Below are positions 11,755 through 21,397 of a DNA stretch of 64,000 nt, one piece after another. The notes beneath the pieces are model-generated. The model made no database searches, was not told where the DNA came from, and was given only the letters and a program-made list of their open reading frames with translations. Numbering within the stretch: the stretch's first letter is position 1; each line of letters begins with the position of its first letter. Origin of the DNA: an uncultured delta proteobacterium (GTDB lineage Bacteria > Myxococcota_A > Polyangia > Polyangiales > Polyangiaceae). The stretch lies in the NCBI GenBank assembly GCA_963782055.1, contig CAWAIF010000003.1, positions 960,001 to 1,024,000 of the forward strand, in the 5' to 3' direction. The position numbers and the translations under genes are program-made.

Positions 11755-13230
11755 GTGGGCGCGGACGTCTTCGGACTTGGAGGTCACGTCATCGACGGAC
11801 AGTTCCATGTCATGGACGTCGTCGGCGAGGGCGGGTTCTCGGTCGTCTACCGCGGGCAGCACCTGTCGCTGAAGGAGCCCATCGCGATCAAGTGCCTGAA
11901 GATCAGGACCAAGCAGAAGAGCGAGAAGCTCGTGCAGTCCTTCACCCAGCGCTTCTGGGACGAGAGCCGCATCATGTACCGGCTCTCGCAGGGCAACCTG
12001 GACATCGTGCGGTGCATCACCACCGGCTCCACCATCGCCCCGACGACAGGCGAGACGGTGCCGTACATGGTGCTGGAGTGGCTGGAGGGCGTCTCGCTCG
12101 CCCAGGACTTGCGGCAGCGCCGGGCCGAGCAGCGCCAGGGCCGCACGCCGGAGGAGCTCATCGAGCTCTTCGAGCCGGCGGCGACCGCCATCGCCTACGC
12201 GCACTCGCAGGGCATCGTGCACCGCGACGTCAAGCCGGGGAACCTCTTCGTGCACGCCACGCGCGCGGGCCAGCGCCTGAAGGTGCTGGACTTCGGCATG
12301 GCCAAGATCCTCGAGCCGCAGGCCATGGGCGGGATGCAGGGCGCGGCCACGCTGACCAACTTCATGGTCGCCTCGCCGCAGTACGCGACGCCGGAGCAGC
12401 TCGACCCGCACCACGGCGCCATCGGTCCGTGGACCGACGTCTACGCCTTCGCGCTCATCCTCGTCGAGGCCATGCTGGACCGTCGCCTGCGCTCGGCCGA
12501 CACCCTCACCAATCTCATCGCGCAGGTCGCGCGCGGGCAGCTCACCACACCGCGCGCGATGGGGCTGCACGTGAGCGACGCGATGGAGGCGGTCTTTCGC
12601 TCCGCCCTCGCGGTGAAGTCGACGGACCGGCAGGCGGACATGGAACGGTTCTGGTCGGCCTTCACCGCGTCGGCGAAGGCGCCCGCCCCCGCCGCGCGTC
12701 AGGATTTCGCGCAGACCGTCGCGTCGCCGCCGCCCCAGGCGGAGCCGCCGCGACCGGCGGCCGCGCTCGGTCAGACGCTGCCGCTCTCCGCCGTGCGCTC
12801 GCGGGTGGTCGGTCGTCAGGCGGCGGGCCAGGGTGGCACCGCGCTGATGCCGAACCAGAGCGCCATGGAGCTCGTCGCCGCGGCGCGCGCCAACCGGGCG
12901 GCGTCGCAGCCCCCGCCCGCCGGGCCGAAGGCCCCGAGTCCCATGGCGGGTACCGTGGGCGGGCCGCCGCCCGCGCAGGCGCTGTCCCAGCAGCCGGCGA
13001 ACGTCGTACCCGCGTGGGCCACCGCGCTGCCGCACTCGCGGGTGACACCACCTCCTCCTGGCCCCGCCCCGCCCTTCGCGCCTGCCGCGTCGGAGCCGCC
13101 GCCCGCGCTCGCCCCGCCCGCGCCCTCCCGCCCGGCCTGGCTGTGGGTGGTCGTCGCGATCAGCATCCTGGCGCTGCTGGGCAGCGTGGGCGTGATCGCG
13201 TACGTCATGCTGGTCGCGCGCACACGATGA
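11755..13230 (+). CDS. Hanks-type Ser/Thr protein kinase, paralog of 7814-9349
   Basis: GEGGFSVVY, AIKCL, HRDVKPGN, DFG, YATPEQ; C-terminal TM. Confidence 0.92.
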   Translation: MGADVFGLGGHVIDGQFHVMDVVGEGGFSVVYRGQHLSLKEPIAIKCLKIRTKQKSEKLVQSFTQRFWDESRIMYRLSQGNLDIVRCITTGSTIAPTTGETVPYMVLEWLEGVSLAQDLRQRRAEQRQGRTPEELIELFEPAATAIAYAHSQGIVHRDVKPGNLFVHATRAGQRLKVLDFGMAKILEPQAMGGMQGAATLTNFMVASPQYATPEQLDPHHGAIGPWTDVYAFALILVEAMLDRRLRSADTLTNLIAQVARGQLTTPRAMGLHVSDAMEAVFRSALAVKSTDRQADMERFWSAFTASAKAPAPAARQDFAQTVASPPPQAEPPRPAAALGQTLPLSAVRSRVVGRQAAGQGGTALMPNQSAMELVAAARANRAASQPPPAGPKAPSPMAGTVGGPPPAQALSQQPANVVPAWATALPHSRVTPPPPGPAPPFAPAASEPPPALAPPAPSRPAWLWVVVAISILALLGSVGVIAYVMLVARTR

Positions 13231-13307
13231 GGGTGCCAGGCACCCACACGGCCCGGTCGCGCGCTCCGGACGGACGTGGGGGCTCCGCCCATGCTACAGA
13301 ATCGGCC

Positions 13308-14591
13308 ATGGCCGGCACGCGATCTCGAGAGCTCTTCGCGCGCGCACAGCGCGTCATCCCCGGTGGCGTCAACAGCCCGGTGCGCGCCTTCCGCGCCGTC
13401 GGCGGCGAGCCGCTCTTCATCGCCCGCGCGGCCGGGGCGAAGCTCTGGGACGCGGATGGTGTACAATACACGGATTACGTCGGCTCCTGGGGGCCGATGA
13501 TCCTCGGCCACGCGTACCCCGCGGTGGTGGAGGCCGTGACGAGCGCCGCCAACAACGGCACCAGCTACGGCGCCCCCACCGAGCTGGAGGTCCGCTTCGC
13601 CGAGAAGCTCGTCGAGCTCTACCCGTCGATCGAGATGGTGCGCGCCACCTCCAGCGGCACCGAGGCGACGATGGCCGCCATCCGCGTCGCGCGCGGCTTC
13701 ACCGGCCGCGACGTCGTGGTGAAGTTCGAGGGCTGTTACCACGGCCACGCCGACTTCCTCCTCGTCAAGGCGGGCTCCGGCCTCGCCACCTTCGGCGTGC
13801 CCGACTCCGCCGGTGTCCCCGCCGGGATCGCCGGCACGACGGCCACGCTTCCGTACAACGACGTGGCCAAGCTGAAGGCCCTCTTCGAGGCGCGCGGCGA
13901 GGAGATCGCCGCGGTGATCGTCGAGCCGGTCGTCGGCAACATGGGCTGCGTCCCGCCGGAGCCCGGCTTCCTGCAGGCCATCGTCGACGTGTGCAAGACG
14001 CACGGCGCGGTCAGCATCTTCGACGAGGTGATGACCGGCTGCCGCGTCGCGCGCGGCGGGATGCAGGAGCGCGCGGGCGTGCGCCCCGACATGACGTGCC
14101 TCGGCAAGGTCGTCGGCGGCGGGTTGCCGCTGGCGGCGTACGGCGGGCGCCGAGAGATCATGGAGAAGGTGGCGCCGCTCGGGCCGGTCTACCAGGCGGG
14201 CACGCTGAGCGGGAATCCGGTCGCGGTGAGCGCCGGGCTCGCGACCCTCGAGCACCTCAACGACAAGGTCTACGCCTACCTGGAGAAGCTCGGCGCCGCG
14301 CTCGAGTCGGGGATGCGCGCGGCGCTCGCGAAGACGAAGGTGGAGGGCTGCGTGCAGCGCGTCGGGGCGATGACGACGCTCTTCTTCACCGCCGGGCCGG
14401 TGCGCTCGTGGGACGACGCGAAGAAGGCGGACACGGCGCGCTTCGGCCGCTGGCACCAGGCCATGCTGGCGCACGGCCAGTACTGGCCGCCCTCCCAGTT
14501 CGAGGCGGCGTTCCTGAGCGCCGCGCACTCCGAAGAGGACGTGGCGAAGACGGTGGCCGCCTGCGAGGCGGCGCTCGCGGCGATCGGCTGA
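13308..14591 (+). CDS. hemL: Glutamate-1-semialdehyde 2,1-aminomutase
   Basis: IPGGVNSPVRAF, DYVGSWGPMILGH, SGTEATM, FEGCYHGH, FDEVMTG, GTLSGNP. Confidence 0.97.
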   Translation: MAGTRSRELFARAQRVIPGGVNSPVRAFRAVGGEPLFIARAAGAKLWDADGVQYTDYVGSWGPMILGHAYPAVVEAVTSAANNGTSYGAPTELEVRFAEKLVELYPSIEMVRATSSGTEATMAAIRVARGFTGRDVVVKFEGCYHGHADFLLVKAGSGLATFGVPDSAGVPAGIAGTTATLPYNDVAKLKALFEARGEEIAAVIVEPVVGNMGCVPPEPGFLQAIVDVCKTHGAVSIFDEVMTGCRVARGGMQERAGVRPDMTCLGKVVGGGLPLAAYGGRREIMEKVAPLGPVYQAGTLSGNPVAVSAGLATLEHLNDKVYAYLEKLGAALESGMRAALAKTKVEGCVQRVGAMTTLFFTAGPVRSWDDAKKADTARFGRWHQAMLAHGQYWPPSQFEAAFLSAAHSEEDVAKTVAACEAALAAIG

Positions 14592-14712
14592 GGGCCCCTC
14601 CGCCCGCGCGCGATTTGCACGAGGTACCCCCGCCGCGCCCGCCTTTTGCGAGTCGCCGCGTGTCTTGCGCCCGGCCGCCGTGGACACGCCAGAAGATCGC
14701 GTCCGTCCGCGG

Positions 14713-14728
14713 CGGCACGCGCCGTGCT
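14713..14728 (+). promoter_or_regulatory. sigma54 -24/-12 promoter
   Basis: CGGCACGCGCCGTGCT (GG-N10-GC) 12 nt upstream of the ATG at 14741. Confidence 0.6.
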
Positions 14729-14740
14729 CAGTCCAGAGTC

Positions 14741-15172
14741 ATGCAGCGCACGGTCGGCCCAAGGCCCCCCGCACCACGTGTCCTGCTCGCCGAGGACGAC
14801 GAGCCCACGCGGATTGTCCTGGCCGAGGCGCTGCGGAGCATGGGGCTGAGCGTCGTCGACGTGGCCGACGGTGGCCGCATGCTGGTCAGCGTGGCCACCC
14901 GCTACCGGGAGCCCGCGGAGCCCGACGTCGACCTCATCGTGACCGACGTGCGGATGCCGGTGTGCAGCGGGCTGGACATCGTCGAGGCGCTCCGCGCGGC
15001 GAAGTGGCGTACGCCGGTCATCTTCGTGACCGGCCACGCCACCCCGTGGGTGCTGGAGATGGCGGAGCGACTCGGCGCCACCGTCATGCTCAAGCCGCTG
15101 GACCTGGAGAGCTTCGAGAAGAAGGTGCGCGACCTGCTCACCGTCTCGCGCACCCCCAGGGTGATGCAGTGA
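14741..15172 (+). CDS. Single-domain response regulator
   Basis: VLLAEDD, LIVTDVRMPVCSGLD, VIFVTG, LKPLD. Confidence 0.92.
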   Translation: MQRTVGPRPPAPRVLLAEDDEPTRIVLAEALRSMGLSVVDVADGGRMLVSVATRYREPAEPDVDLIVTDVRMPVCSGLDIVEALRAAKWRTPVIFVTGHATPWVLEMAERLGATVMLKPLDLESFEKKVRDLLTVSRTPRVMQ

Positions 15173-15224
15173 GCTTCCCCACGACACACCTCCCGGCGTC
15201 CCTACCTTCTGGTAGTGTGCTGGC

Positions 15225-16607
15225 ATGCGTAGCATTTCTACCGGGAAGCTCGGTGTTCTCATCGGGTTCGGCATGGGCGCCTCCGCGGCGATCTTCGCCT
15301 GTGTGGGGGACTCGCCCGTCACTCAGGGGCCGGACGCCGGGTCGGATGCCAGCGGCGCGGACGTGGCGGACACGGGGCCGCCCTCCATCATCGAGGTCGC
15401 GGCCGGGCGCACGCACGCCTGCGCGCTCGCGAGCGACGGCGCCGTCTACTGCTGGGGTGACGACAGCGCCGGCCAGGCGGGCCTGGACCCCGCCGGTGCG
15501 GACGTATCGCATTGTGACTTCTCGGCCGGAGGTGGCGGGAGCGTTCCCTGCGTGACCAAGCCGACCCGCGTCGCCGGCCTGGCGCCGATGAAGCACCTGG
15601 CGCGCCGGCTGGGGGAGGGCTTCTCGTGCGCATACGACGACACCGCGGTCTACTGCTGGGGACAGAACGACCTCGGGCAGCTCGGGCACGCGCCGGGCGC
15701 CTCGGGTGACGGGAGCTGCAAGTCCTACGCAGGCAGCCAGGCCACGCAGGTCAACTGCAACTTCACGCCCCAGCCCACGGGTCTGCAGGCGTCGTCGATC
15801 AGCCAGGTGGCCTCGAGCTGGATCCACTCCTGCGCGGTCGCCGGCGGCCAGGTGTACTGCTGGGGAGACGACTCGCGCGAGCAGCTCGGCACTGCGGCGC
15901 CCCCTCCCGCCGGCAACGCCTTCAACGTGAAGCTCGCCGACGTGGCGCAGGTGTCGGCCGGTGGCGCGTCGACTTGTGCGGTCAACAACGCCGGCGACGT
16001 CTTTTGCTGGGGATCGAACCTGTACGGCCAGCTCGGGCATCCGCCCAGCACCGCCGGCGACGCCGACTGTCAGGGCATTCCCTGCACGCCCACTCCTTCG
16101 AAGGTCCCCCTCGGGGAGGCGACCGCGGAGGTGGAGACCTCCGGCCAGGCAACGTACTTCCGCAACGCGGGGCAGAGCCTCCTCGTGATGGGTACCAACG
16201 CCAACGGCGAGTACGCGACGGCGAGTACGCCTGACGCGGGTGTGCCGGTGCAGATCCCCGGACTACAGGTCTCCAGCATCAGCGCGGACTTCACGGAGTG
16301 CGTGGTCGACTTCCAGCACAACCTGAAGTGCTGGGGACGCAACGACTTCGGCGCGCTGGGACCGGCGACTCCAGGCGCGCCGGTGACGACCCCGGTGACG
16401 ATCATCTCCAATCAGGACACGCTCGCGGTCAGCACGAGCAACACGTACCTGGTCGCGCTGACCATCGATCACAAGGTGCTGGCGGCGGGAGACAACACCC
16501 TGGGGGAGCTGGGGCACGCGCCCGGCCAGAGCGGCGACACCGGCTGCGGCAACCAGAACAAGGCGTGGTGCAACTCGACGCCGGTGCAGGTCACCGGCCT
16601 GCCGTGA
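15225..16607 (+). CDS. RCC1-repeat lipoprotein
   Basis: Lipobox IFAC; repeated VYCWG.N..GQLG and HACAL/HSCAV motifs. Confidence 0.88.
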   Translation: MRSISTGKLGVLIGFGMGASAAIFACVGDSPVTQGPDAGSDASGADVADTGPPSIIEVAAGRTHACALASDGAVYCWGDDSAGQAGLDPAGADVSHCDFSAGGGGSVPCVTKPTRVAGLAPMKHLARRLGEGFSCAYDDTAVYCWGQNDLGQLGHAPGASGDGSCKSYAGSQATQVNCNFTPQPTGLQASSISQVASSWIHSCAVAGGQVYCWGDDSREQLGTAAPPPAGNAFNVKLADVAQVSAGGASTCAVNNAGDVFCWGSNLYGQLGHPPSTAGDADCQGIPCTPTPSKVPLGEATAEVETSGQATYFRNAGQSLLVMGTNANGEYATASTPDAGVPVQIPGLQVSSISADFTECVVDFQHNLKCWGRNDFGALGPATPGAPVTTPVTIISNQDTLAVSTSNTYLVALTIDHKVLAAGDNTLGELGHAPGQSGDTGCGNQNKAWCNSTPVQVTGLP

Positions 16608-16628
16608 CCGCGCGGCGAGGCCCCCGCC

Positions 16629-17267
16629 TCAGTAGGCGACGGTGAAGCGGCTGCGGACGTGCTTGGGGTGCTCCAGCTCGTCGACGACGGCGGCCGCGTA
16701 GTCCGGGATGGAGATGCGGCTCGCGCCGGTGGCGTCGACCAGAAGATCGTCCCCGCCCACGCGGAAGGTGCCGGTGCGCTGGCCGGGCTCGACGAGCGCG
16801 GCGGGGCTGACGCAGGTCCACGCCAGATCGCTCACCTGGCGGTACACGTTGAGCGCGTTGCGGTGGGCGATGGCGACGGCCCGCCAGTCCGCCGGGAAAT
16901 CGGGTGAGTCCAGCAGGTCGACGCCCCTCGCGGTGCGCAGGCTGCCGGCGCCGCCCACGACGAGCACCCGCTTCACGCCAGCCTTCCGCGCCCCGGCGAC
17001 GAGCGCGTGCGCGACGTCCACCAGCAAATCGGCCGGTTGGTTGGCTGCCGGGCCGACCGCGCTCACGATCGCCTCGTGTCCACGCGCCACGCGCGCCACG
17101 GCGTTGGCGTTGCTCACGTCGGCCGTGGCGCGATGAAGTCTCGCCTCCGCGGCGGCGATCTTGCCGACGTGCCTCGCGACGGCCGTGACGCCGTGGCCGC
17201 GTCGCAGCGCTTCCTGGACGATGGCGCCGCCGATTTTGCCGGTGGCGCCGAAGACAATCAGCTTCAA
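16629..17267 (-). CDS. NAD(P)-dependent oxidoreductase (NAD_binding_10 / NADH-flavin reductase-like)
   Basis: TTG start with GAGGAGG RBS; GATGKIG, VGGAGSL, WTCVSP, ISIPDYAAAVVDELE. Confidence 0.9.
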   Translation of the reverse strand: MKLIVFGATGKIGGAIVQEALRRGHGVTAVARHVGKIAAAEARLHRATADVSNANAVARVARGHEAIVSAVGPAANQPADLLVDVAHALVAGARKAGVKRVLVVGGAGSLRTARGVDLLDSPDFPADWRAVAIAHRNALNVYRQVSDLAWTCVSPAALVEPGQRTGTFRVGGDDLLVDATGASRISIPDYAAAVVDELEHPKHVRSRFTVAY

Positions 17268-17444
17268 GGGGACCTCCTCTTGCTCCCGGTGCGCAAGCTG
17301 CGGTCGGCTTCAAGACGACTCCTCACTTCGATGCTCGCGGGGCCGGCACGTTGTGCCGCGGGGTCGGCGCGGGTCGGGGCTCCGCGTGCGGCGCGCCCCG
17401 GCAGGGCGGGCTTCGCTCGCCGCGCCCCCGCGGCGATGAAGTGT

Positions 17445-17685
17445 CTACTTGGACATGAGGAAGGCGTGGAGGATGCCGTCCTGCGAGGCGACGAGGAGGC
17501 GGCGGGAGGCGACGGAGAGCCAGCCACCGTACGCGGCGGTCCAGGCCTGCTTGTGCGTCGCGATGTTGACGGCGTAGACGTTCTTGTCGCTCGCGACATA
17601 GACGTACCCGGCCGCGATGACCGGCGGGAGCTTGAGGGAGCCGTCCCCGGAGAAGGTCCAGGCGAGCGAGCCGTCCTGCGCGAAC
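17445..17685 (-). pseudogene. C-terminal fragment of a PQQ-like/BamB-type beta-propeller protein
   Basis: AQDGSLAWTFSGDGSLKLPPVIAAGYVYVASDKNVYAVNIATHKQAW...LHAFLMSK; no in-frame start before the next gene. Confidence 0.55.
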
Positions 17686-17724
17686 CGCGGCCACCTGGGG
17701 TAGCATGGGGGGAGGAGGTCTCCC

Positions 17725-18816
17725 ATGCGCGTGCTCTCGCTCTCGCTCCTTCTTTGCCTCGCGGTCGCGTGCGGCGGGGACGACTCCGCCGGCACGCCCG
17801 ACGCCGGCGGCGCGGACTCCGGGACCACCCCCGACGGCTCCAGCCCGCCGGATGGCTCCACCTCGCCCGACGCGTCCACCTCTCCCGACGCCGCCGCGCC
17901 GAGCGGGCTCGCCGCGCAGTACCCGGGCGACGTCGGCATCGACTCCGACCCGGCCGTCGTGTGGCACGAGCCCTTCGAGGAAGGGTCGGTCGGCGCCGTG
18001 ACCGCGCGCTACGACGACTTCAAGAACGCGCCGGGCATGACGCTGGTCGCCGACGTGCCGCCGAAGAGCTCCGGCAAGGCGTCGATGAAGCTCGTGGCGG
18101 GCGGCAACCAGAGCGCGACCGACCTCTTCAAGGAGCTCACCAACGGGAGCGGCGGCTACGAGGAGTGGTACGTGCGCTGGTACGCCAAGTACCAGAAGGG
18201 CGTCCCGTGGCACCACACCGGCGTCTGGTTCGGCGGCTACGATCCGGCCTCCAAGTACCCCAACCCGCAGGCGGGGCTGAAGCCCAACGGCGACGACCGC
18301 TTCTCCGTCTCCATCGAGCCGGTGTGGGACATCGGCGGGCCGAACCCGCGCTTCGACACGTACGACTACTGGATGCAGATGCACTCCTGGATGGCGCAGC
18401 CGCAGGGCAACACTGCCTATTACGGCAACGCGGTCATCCACAAGAACTCCTTCACGCTCGACGAGGAGCAGTGGGTGTGCGTCGAGGTGCACGTGAAGCT
18501 CAACACCGACACCGCCTCCGGCGGCGGCGGGGTGCTGGAGGTGTGGAAGAACGACGCGCTCGTCCAGAGCTTCACCGACCAGGGACCGAAGGGGTACTGG
18601 ATCAAGGACAAGTTCTGCACGCCCGACGCCGACGGCACCGAGTGCACCGACTACCCCGCGCCCTTCGACACCGTGCTCGACCTGCAGATGCGCTCCACCA
18701 GCGCCCTGAAGCTGAACGCCTTCTGGCCGCAGAACTACATCACCGACAACGCCACCGGCGCGGTGCAGTACGACGACATGATCGTCGCGACCAAGCGAAT
18801 CGGCTGCCTGCAGTAG
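17725..18816 (+). CDS. Lipoprotein with putative polysaccharide-lyase/ConA-like beta-sandwich domain
   Basis: Lipobox AVAC, DAG/PDG linker, WYVRWYAKY, WVCVEVHVKLNT, LEVWKND, YDDMIVATKRIGC. Confidence 0.7.
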   Translation: MRVLSLSLLLCLAVACGGDDSAGTPDAGGADSGTTPDGSSPPDGSTSPDASTSPDAAAPSGLAAQYPGDVGIDSDPAVVWHEPFEEGSVGAVTARYDDFKNAPGMTLVADVPPKSSGKASMKLVAGGNQSATDLFKELTNGSGGYEEWYVRWYAKYQKGVPWHHTGVWFGGYDPASKYPNPQAGLKPNGDDRFSVSIEPVWDIGGPNPRFDTYDYWMQMHSWMAQPQGNTAYYGNAVIHKNSFTLDEEQWVCVEVHVKLNTDTASGGGGVLEVWKNDALVQSFTDQGPKGYWIKDKFCTPDADGTECTDYPAPFDTVLDLQMRSTSALKLNAFWPQNYITDNATGAVQYDDMIVATKRIGCLQ

Positions 18817-18879
18817 GTCGCGCGGACCACCGGGGAAGCGGACCTGACCTGGCCCGCCACGTCGGCTATCATGGTCCGG

Positions 18880-19797
18880 ATGCACCGGGCCCTGGGTCGT
18901 CTCGTCCTCCTCGGAGGCGTCGTGTCGGGCGCCGGCGTCCTGGCGATCGCCTGCGGACTCGACCCCAGCGGGCTGGCGGATCTGGACGGGGGGGTCGGCG
19001 ATCACGACGATGGCGGCGCCGGCGCCGATGCGTTCGACCTGCCGGAGGCGTGCAGCTCGCTCGACGCCAGCGCGTGCCTCGGCGCGCTGCCCGCCGGGTG
19101 GCAGCCGGTCTCGGTCGGATCGTCCTGCCCCGCCGGCTACCAGGCCGTGCCGTTCGTGACCGACCCGAGCGTGCCCGACGGCGGCTGCACGTGCGGCGCG
19201 TGCACGGTGAGCGGCACGTACTCCTGCGACGCGTCGGTCCCGATTTCGGGCGGCAACGGCTGCGGGGACAACCCCTTCGCGAACGCGACGCCCGGGCAGT
19301 GCAGCAACGTGAACCAGACGCAGCACCTCAAGGCGCACCTGGTGAAGGCGACCGGCAGCGTCTCCTGCTCCGCGCCGAACGACGCCGGTAGCGGCGCCGT
19401 GGCGACGCCGACGACCGTCTGCGTCCCGGGCTGCGACGTCGACTTCTGCGCCGGCGCCTCCCTCTGCGCGATGGCGGACGGACATCGCGCCTGCCCGCCG
19501 GGCCTGCCGCGCTCGCTCTACGTCGGCACCGGCGCCGACCCGGGGTGCGCGCCCTGCGGGTGCGACGCGAGCGCTCCGGAGAACTGCGCCGGCACCGTCA
19601 CCGCGTACTACGGCAACGACTGCACGCCCGGCGACGAGGCGGGGACCTGGCCGGTCGACACCTGCCAGTACATCCAGGCCAAGTACAAGAGCGTACACGT
19701 CGACCTCACCGCGCCGCCGGCGACGTGCACCGTGGCGAGCGCCACGGTCGAGGGCGACGCGAGCCTCATCGGCGAGAAGACCGTCTGCTGCCAGTGA
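18880..19797 (+). CDS. Cys-rich lipoprotein, hypothetical
   Basis: Lipobox AIAC; many Cys including CTCGAC and CAPCGC; ends TVCCQ. Alternative start 18871. Confidence 0.8.
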   Translation: MHRALGRLVLLGGVVSGAGVLAIACGLDPSGLADLDGGVGDHDDGGAGADAFDLPEACSSLDASACLGALPAGWQPVSVGSSCPAGYQAVPFVTDPSVPDGGCTCGACTVSGTYSCDASVPISGGNGCGDNPFANATPGQCSNVNQTQHLKAHLVKATGSVSCSAPNDAGSGAVATPTTVCVPGCDVDFCAGASLCAMADGHRACPPGLPRSLYVGTGADPGCAPCGCDASAPENCAGTVTAYYGNDCTPGDEAGTWPVDTCQYIQAKYKSVHVDLTAPPATCTVASATVEGDASLIGEKTVCCQ

Positions 19798-19807
19798 GCG
19801 CGCCGGA

Positions 19808-20329
19808 TCAGTGGCACACGTCCACGGCGTGCTCGTTCGCCGCGCACGTCGGCGCGGTGTCGGCCTGACTGCAGGAGGGGACCTCCGTCTCGGAGGCCAG
19901 GCACGCGGTCGACGAGCAGGAGCAGCTCGCGCCGAGCGGGCTCCCCTGACCGGTCACGCAGCAGTGGCCTCCGGACGGAGGCGTGCACGAGGCCGTCGAC
20001 GTCCCGTCGGCGGCGCTCGCCGTCACGCTGCACTTGCACACCAGGAGCGTCCCCGATCCGGAGGTGTAGCAGTGAGTCGTGATGGTGCAGGAGCACGCAC
20101 CCGACGCCGGGTAGTCCGCCGACGCGCAGCACACTCCGTCCCCGCCCTGGATGGCGGCGGCCGAGCACGTGGTGTCGCTGCTGCCCGCGTCGCTCGGCGC
20201 GCAGTCGCAGAACGTGCCGCTTCCGGTGCAGGTGATCGCTTGCGACGAGGTCGCGTCATTCGCGCCGCAAGCGACGGCGAGCAGCCCCCCCAAGAGTAAC
20301 CCGATCCGCCGCGTGATCATCATGGTCAC
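19808..20329 (-). CDS. Small Cys-rich lipoprotein, hypothetical
   Basis: Lipobox AVAC; CC and CxC motifs. Confidence 0.75.
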   Translation of the reverse strand: MTMMITRRIGLLLGGLLAVACGANDATSSQAITCTGSGTFCDCAPSDAGSSDTTCSAAAIQGGDGVCCASADYPASGACSCTITTHCYTSGSGTLLVCKCSVTASAADGTSTASCTPPSGGHCCVTGQGSPLGASCSCSSTACLASETEVPSCSQADTAPTCAANEHAVDVCH

Positions 20330-20427
20330 CCTACGGGACTCATGATGACAATGCCAGTTCGCAGCCCGGTGTTCTTCGGGATGCTCCTCGGGTTCATGCT
20401 CGCGGGCGCGGAGCGACGCACACCGCT

Positions 20428-20454
20428 GGTGATCCGCCCCGCGGTCGGATCACC
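20428..20454. terminator. Hairpin downstream of 20460-21023
   Basis: GGTGATCCG-ccccgcggt-CGGATCACC. Confidence 0.55.
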
Positions 20455-20459
20455 GTGGG

Positions 20460-21023
20460 TCAGGGCCGGAGCAGCCCGTCTCTGGTCACGTCCTCGAAGA
20501 ATCGAGAGGCTGCCGCGTGGGCGGCGTTCCTCTCGCTCGGGGTGAACGCGCTGATCCACGACACTGGCAGCGCGCCCAGCCAGACGAACATGTGGCGGTT
20601 GATAGGGTACGCGTAGGACCTGAGCATCTGGCCGTTGCGGAAGACCTCGAAGATGACGTCGCAGCCGGTCTCGCCGTTGTAAAATGGAATGATCGTCAAG
20701 AAGGAGAGCGCAACGTAGCCGTAGATCTTTCCGGCGAGCGACATCTCGTGATCCCGGGTGCGGACGCGGACGAACGTGCCGGTGGCGGGGGCGTCGTACT
20801 CTTCAATCTCTCGCGCGCGTGGGAACCTCTCGCGCATGGCCGCGACGACGCCGTCGCGACCGCCGAACAGGTAGGCGCCGCGCATGACGTTGAAGCTCTG
20901 GAGGCCGTCGACCGGGGCGATGGCATCCGGAGCCGCGGGGTTGCTCATCCACGAGACGCAGCCCGTGAGGAAGAACGTGGCGAGGAGGAATGCTCCGACC
21001 GGCGCGAGCCTCTTCGGGTCCAT
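20460..21023 (-). CDS. Lipoprotein, hypothetical
   Basis: MDPKRLAPVGAFLLATFFLTGC lipobox; SFLTIIPFY...YAYPI. Confidence 0.75.
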   Translation of the reverse strand: MDPKRLAPVGAFLLATFFLTGCVSWMSNPAAPDAIAPVDGLQSFNVMRGAYLFGGRDGVVAAMRERFPRAREIEEYDAPATGTFVRVRTRDHEMSLAGKIYGYVALSFLTIIPFYNGETGCDVIFEVFRNGQMLRSYAYPINRHMFVWLGALPVSWISAFTPSERNAAHAAASRFFEDVTRDGLLRP

Positions 21024-21397
21024 GGCGGAGACCGTACATGGCTCAGCCGTGTAGATCAACATCGACAGCCGGGGACAGAGGAGTATCGGCGGTGGCCGTA
21101 GGCCGACTCATGACTCATGGGTGCTCATCCCGACTTGTACGGCACTTCGGTCCCTATCGCGCCGGCCTCCAAGGCGCACTCGATGACCTGCGCGAGTGCA
21201 AGTGCGAGTTCGCTGCCGGCCGACACAACCAGGTACCCCGCCGTTGCCCTTCTCGGGCCCTCTCTCAAGTTCTCGTCGCCTGCCTTCGAACGGCAGAGGC
21301 TGGCGCCCTGGCCGGCGAGACCCGTCGCACCGGGATCCGAATGGTGAGCGCCGGCGACACCCGGACGGCGAGTACGTTGATTGTCCTCGCCTTCCGA

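Noticed and set aside
11295..13307. Long N-terminal extensions in track ORFs (e.g. hemL from 11295, recA from 25726, kinase from 6758)
   Set aside because: They overlap real upstream genes in other frames; true starts were placed at motif-supported downstream codons
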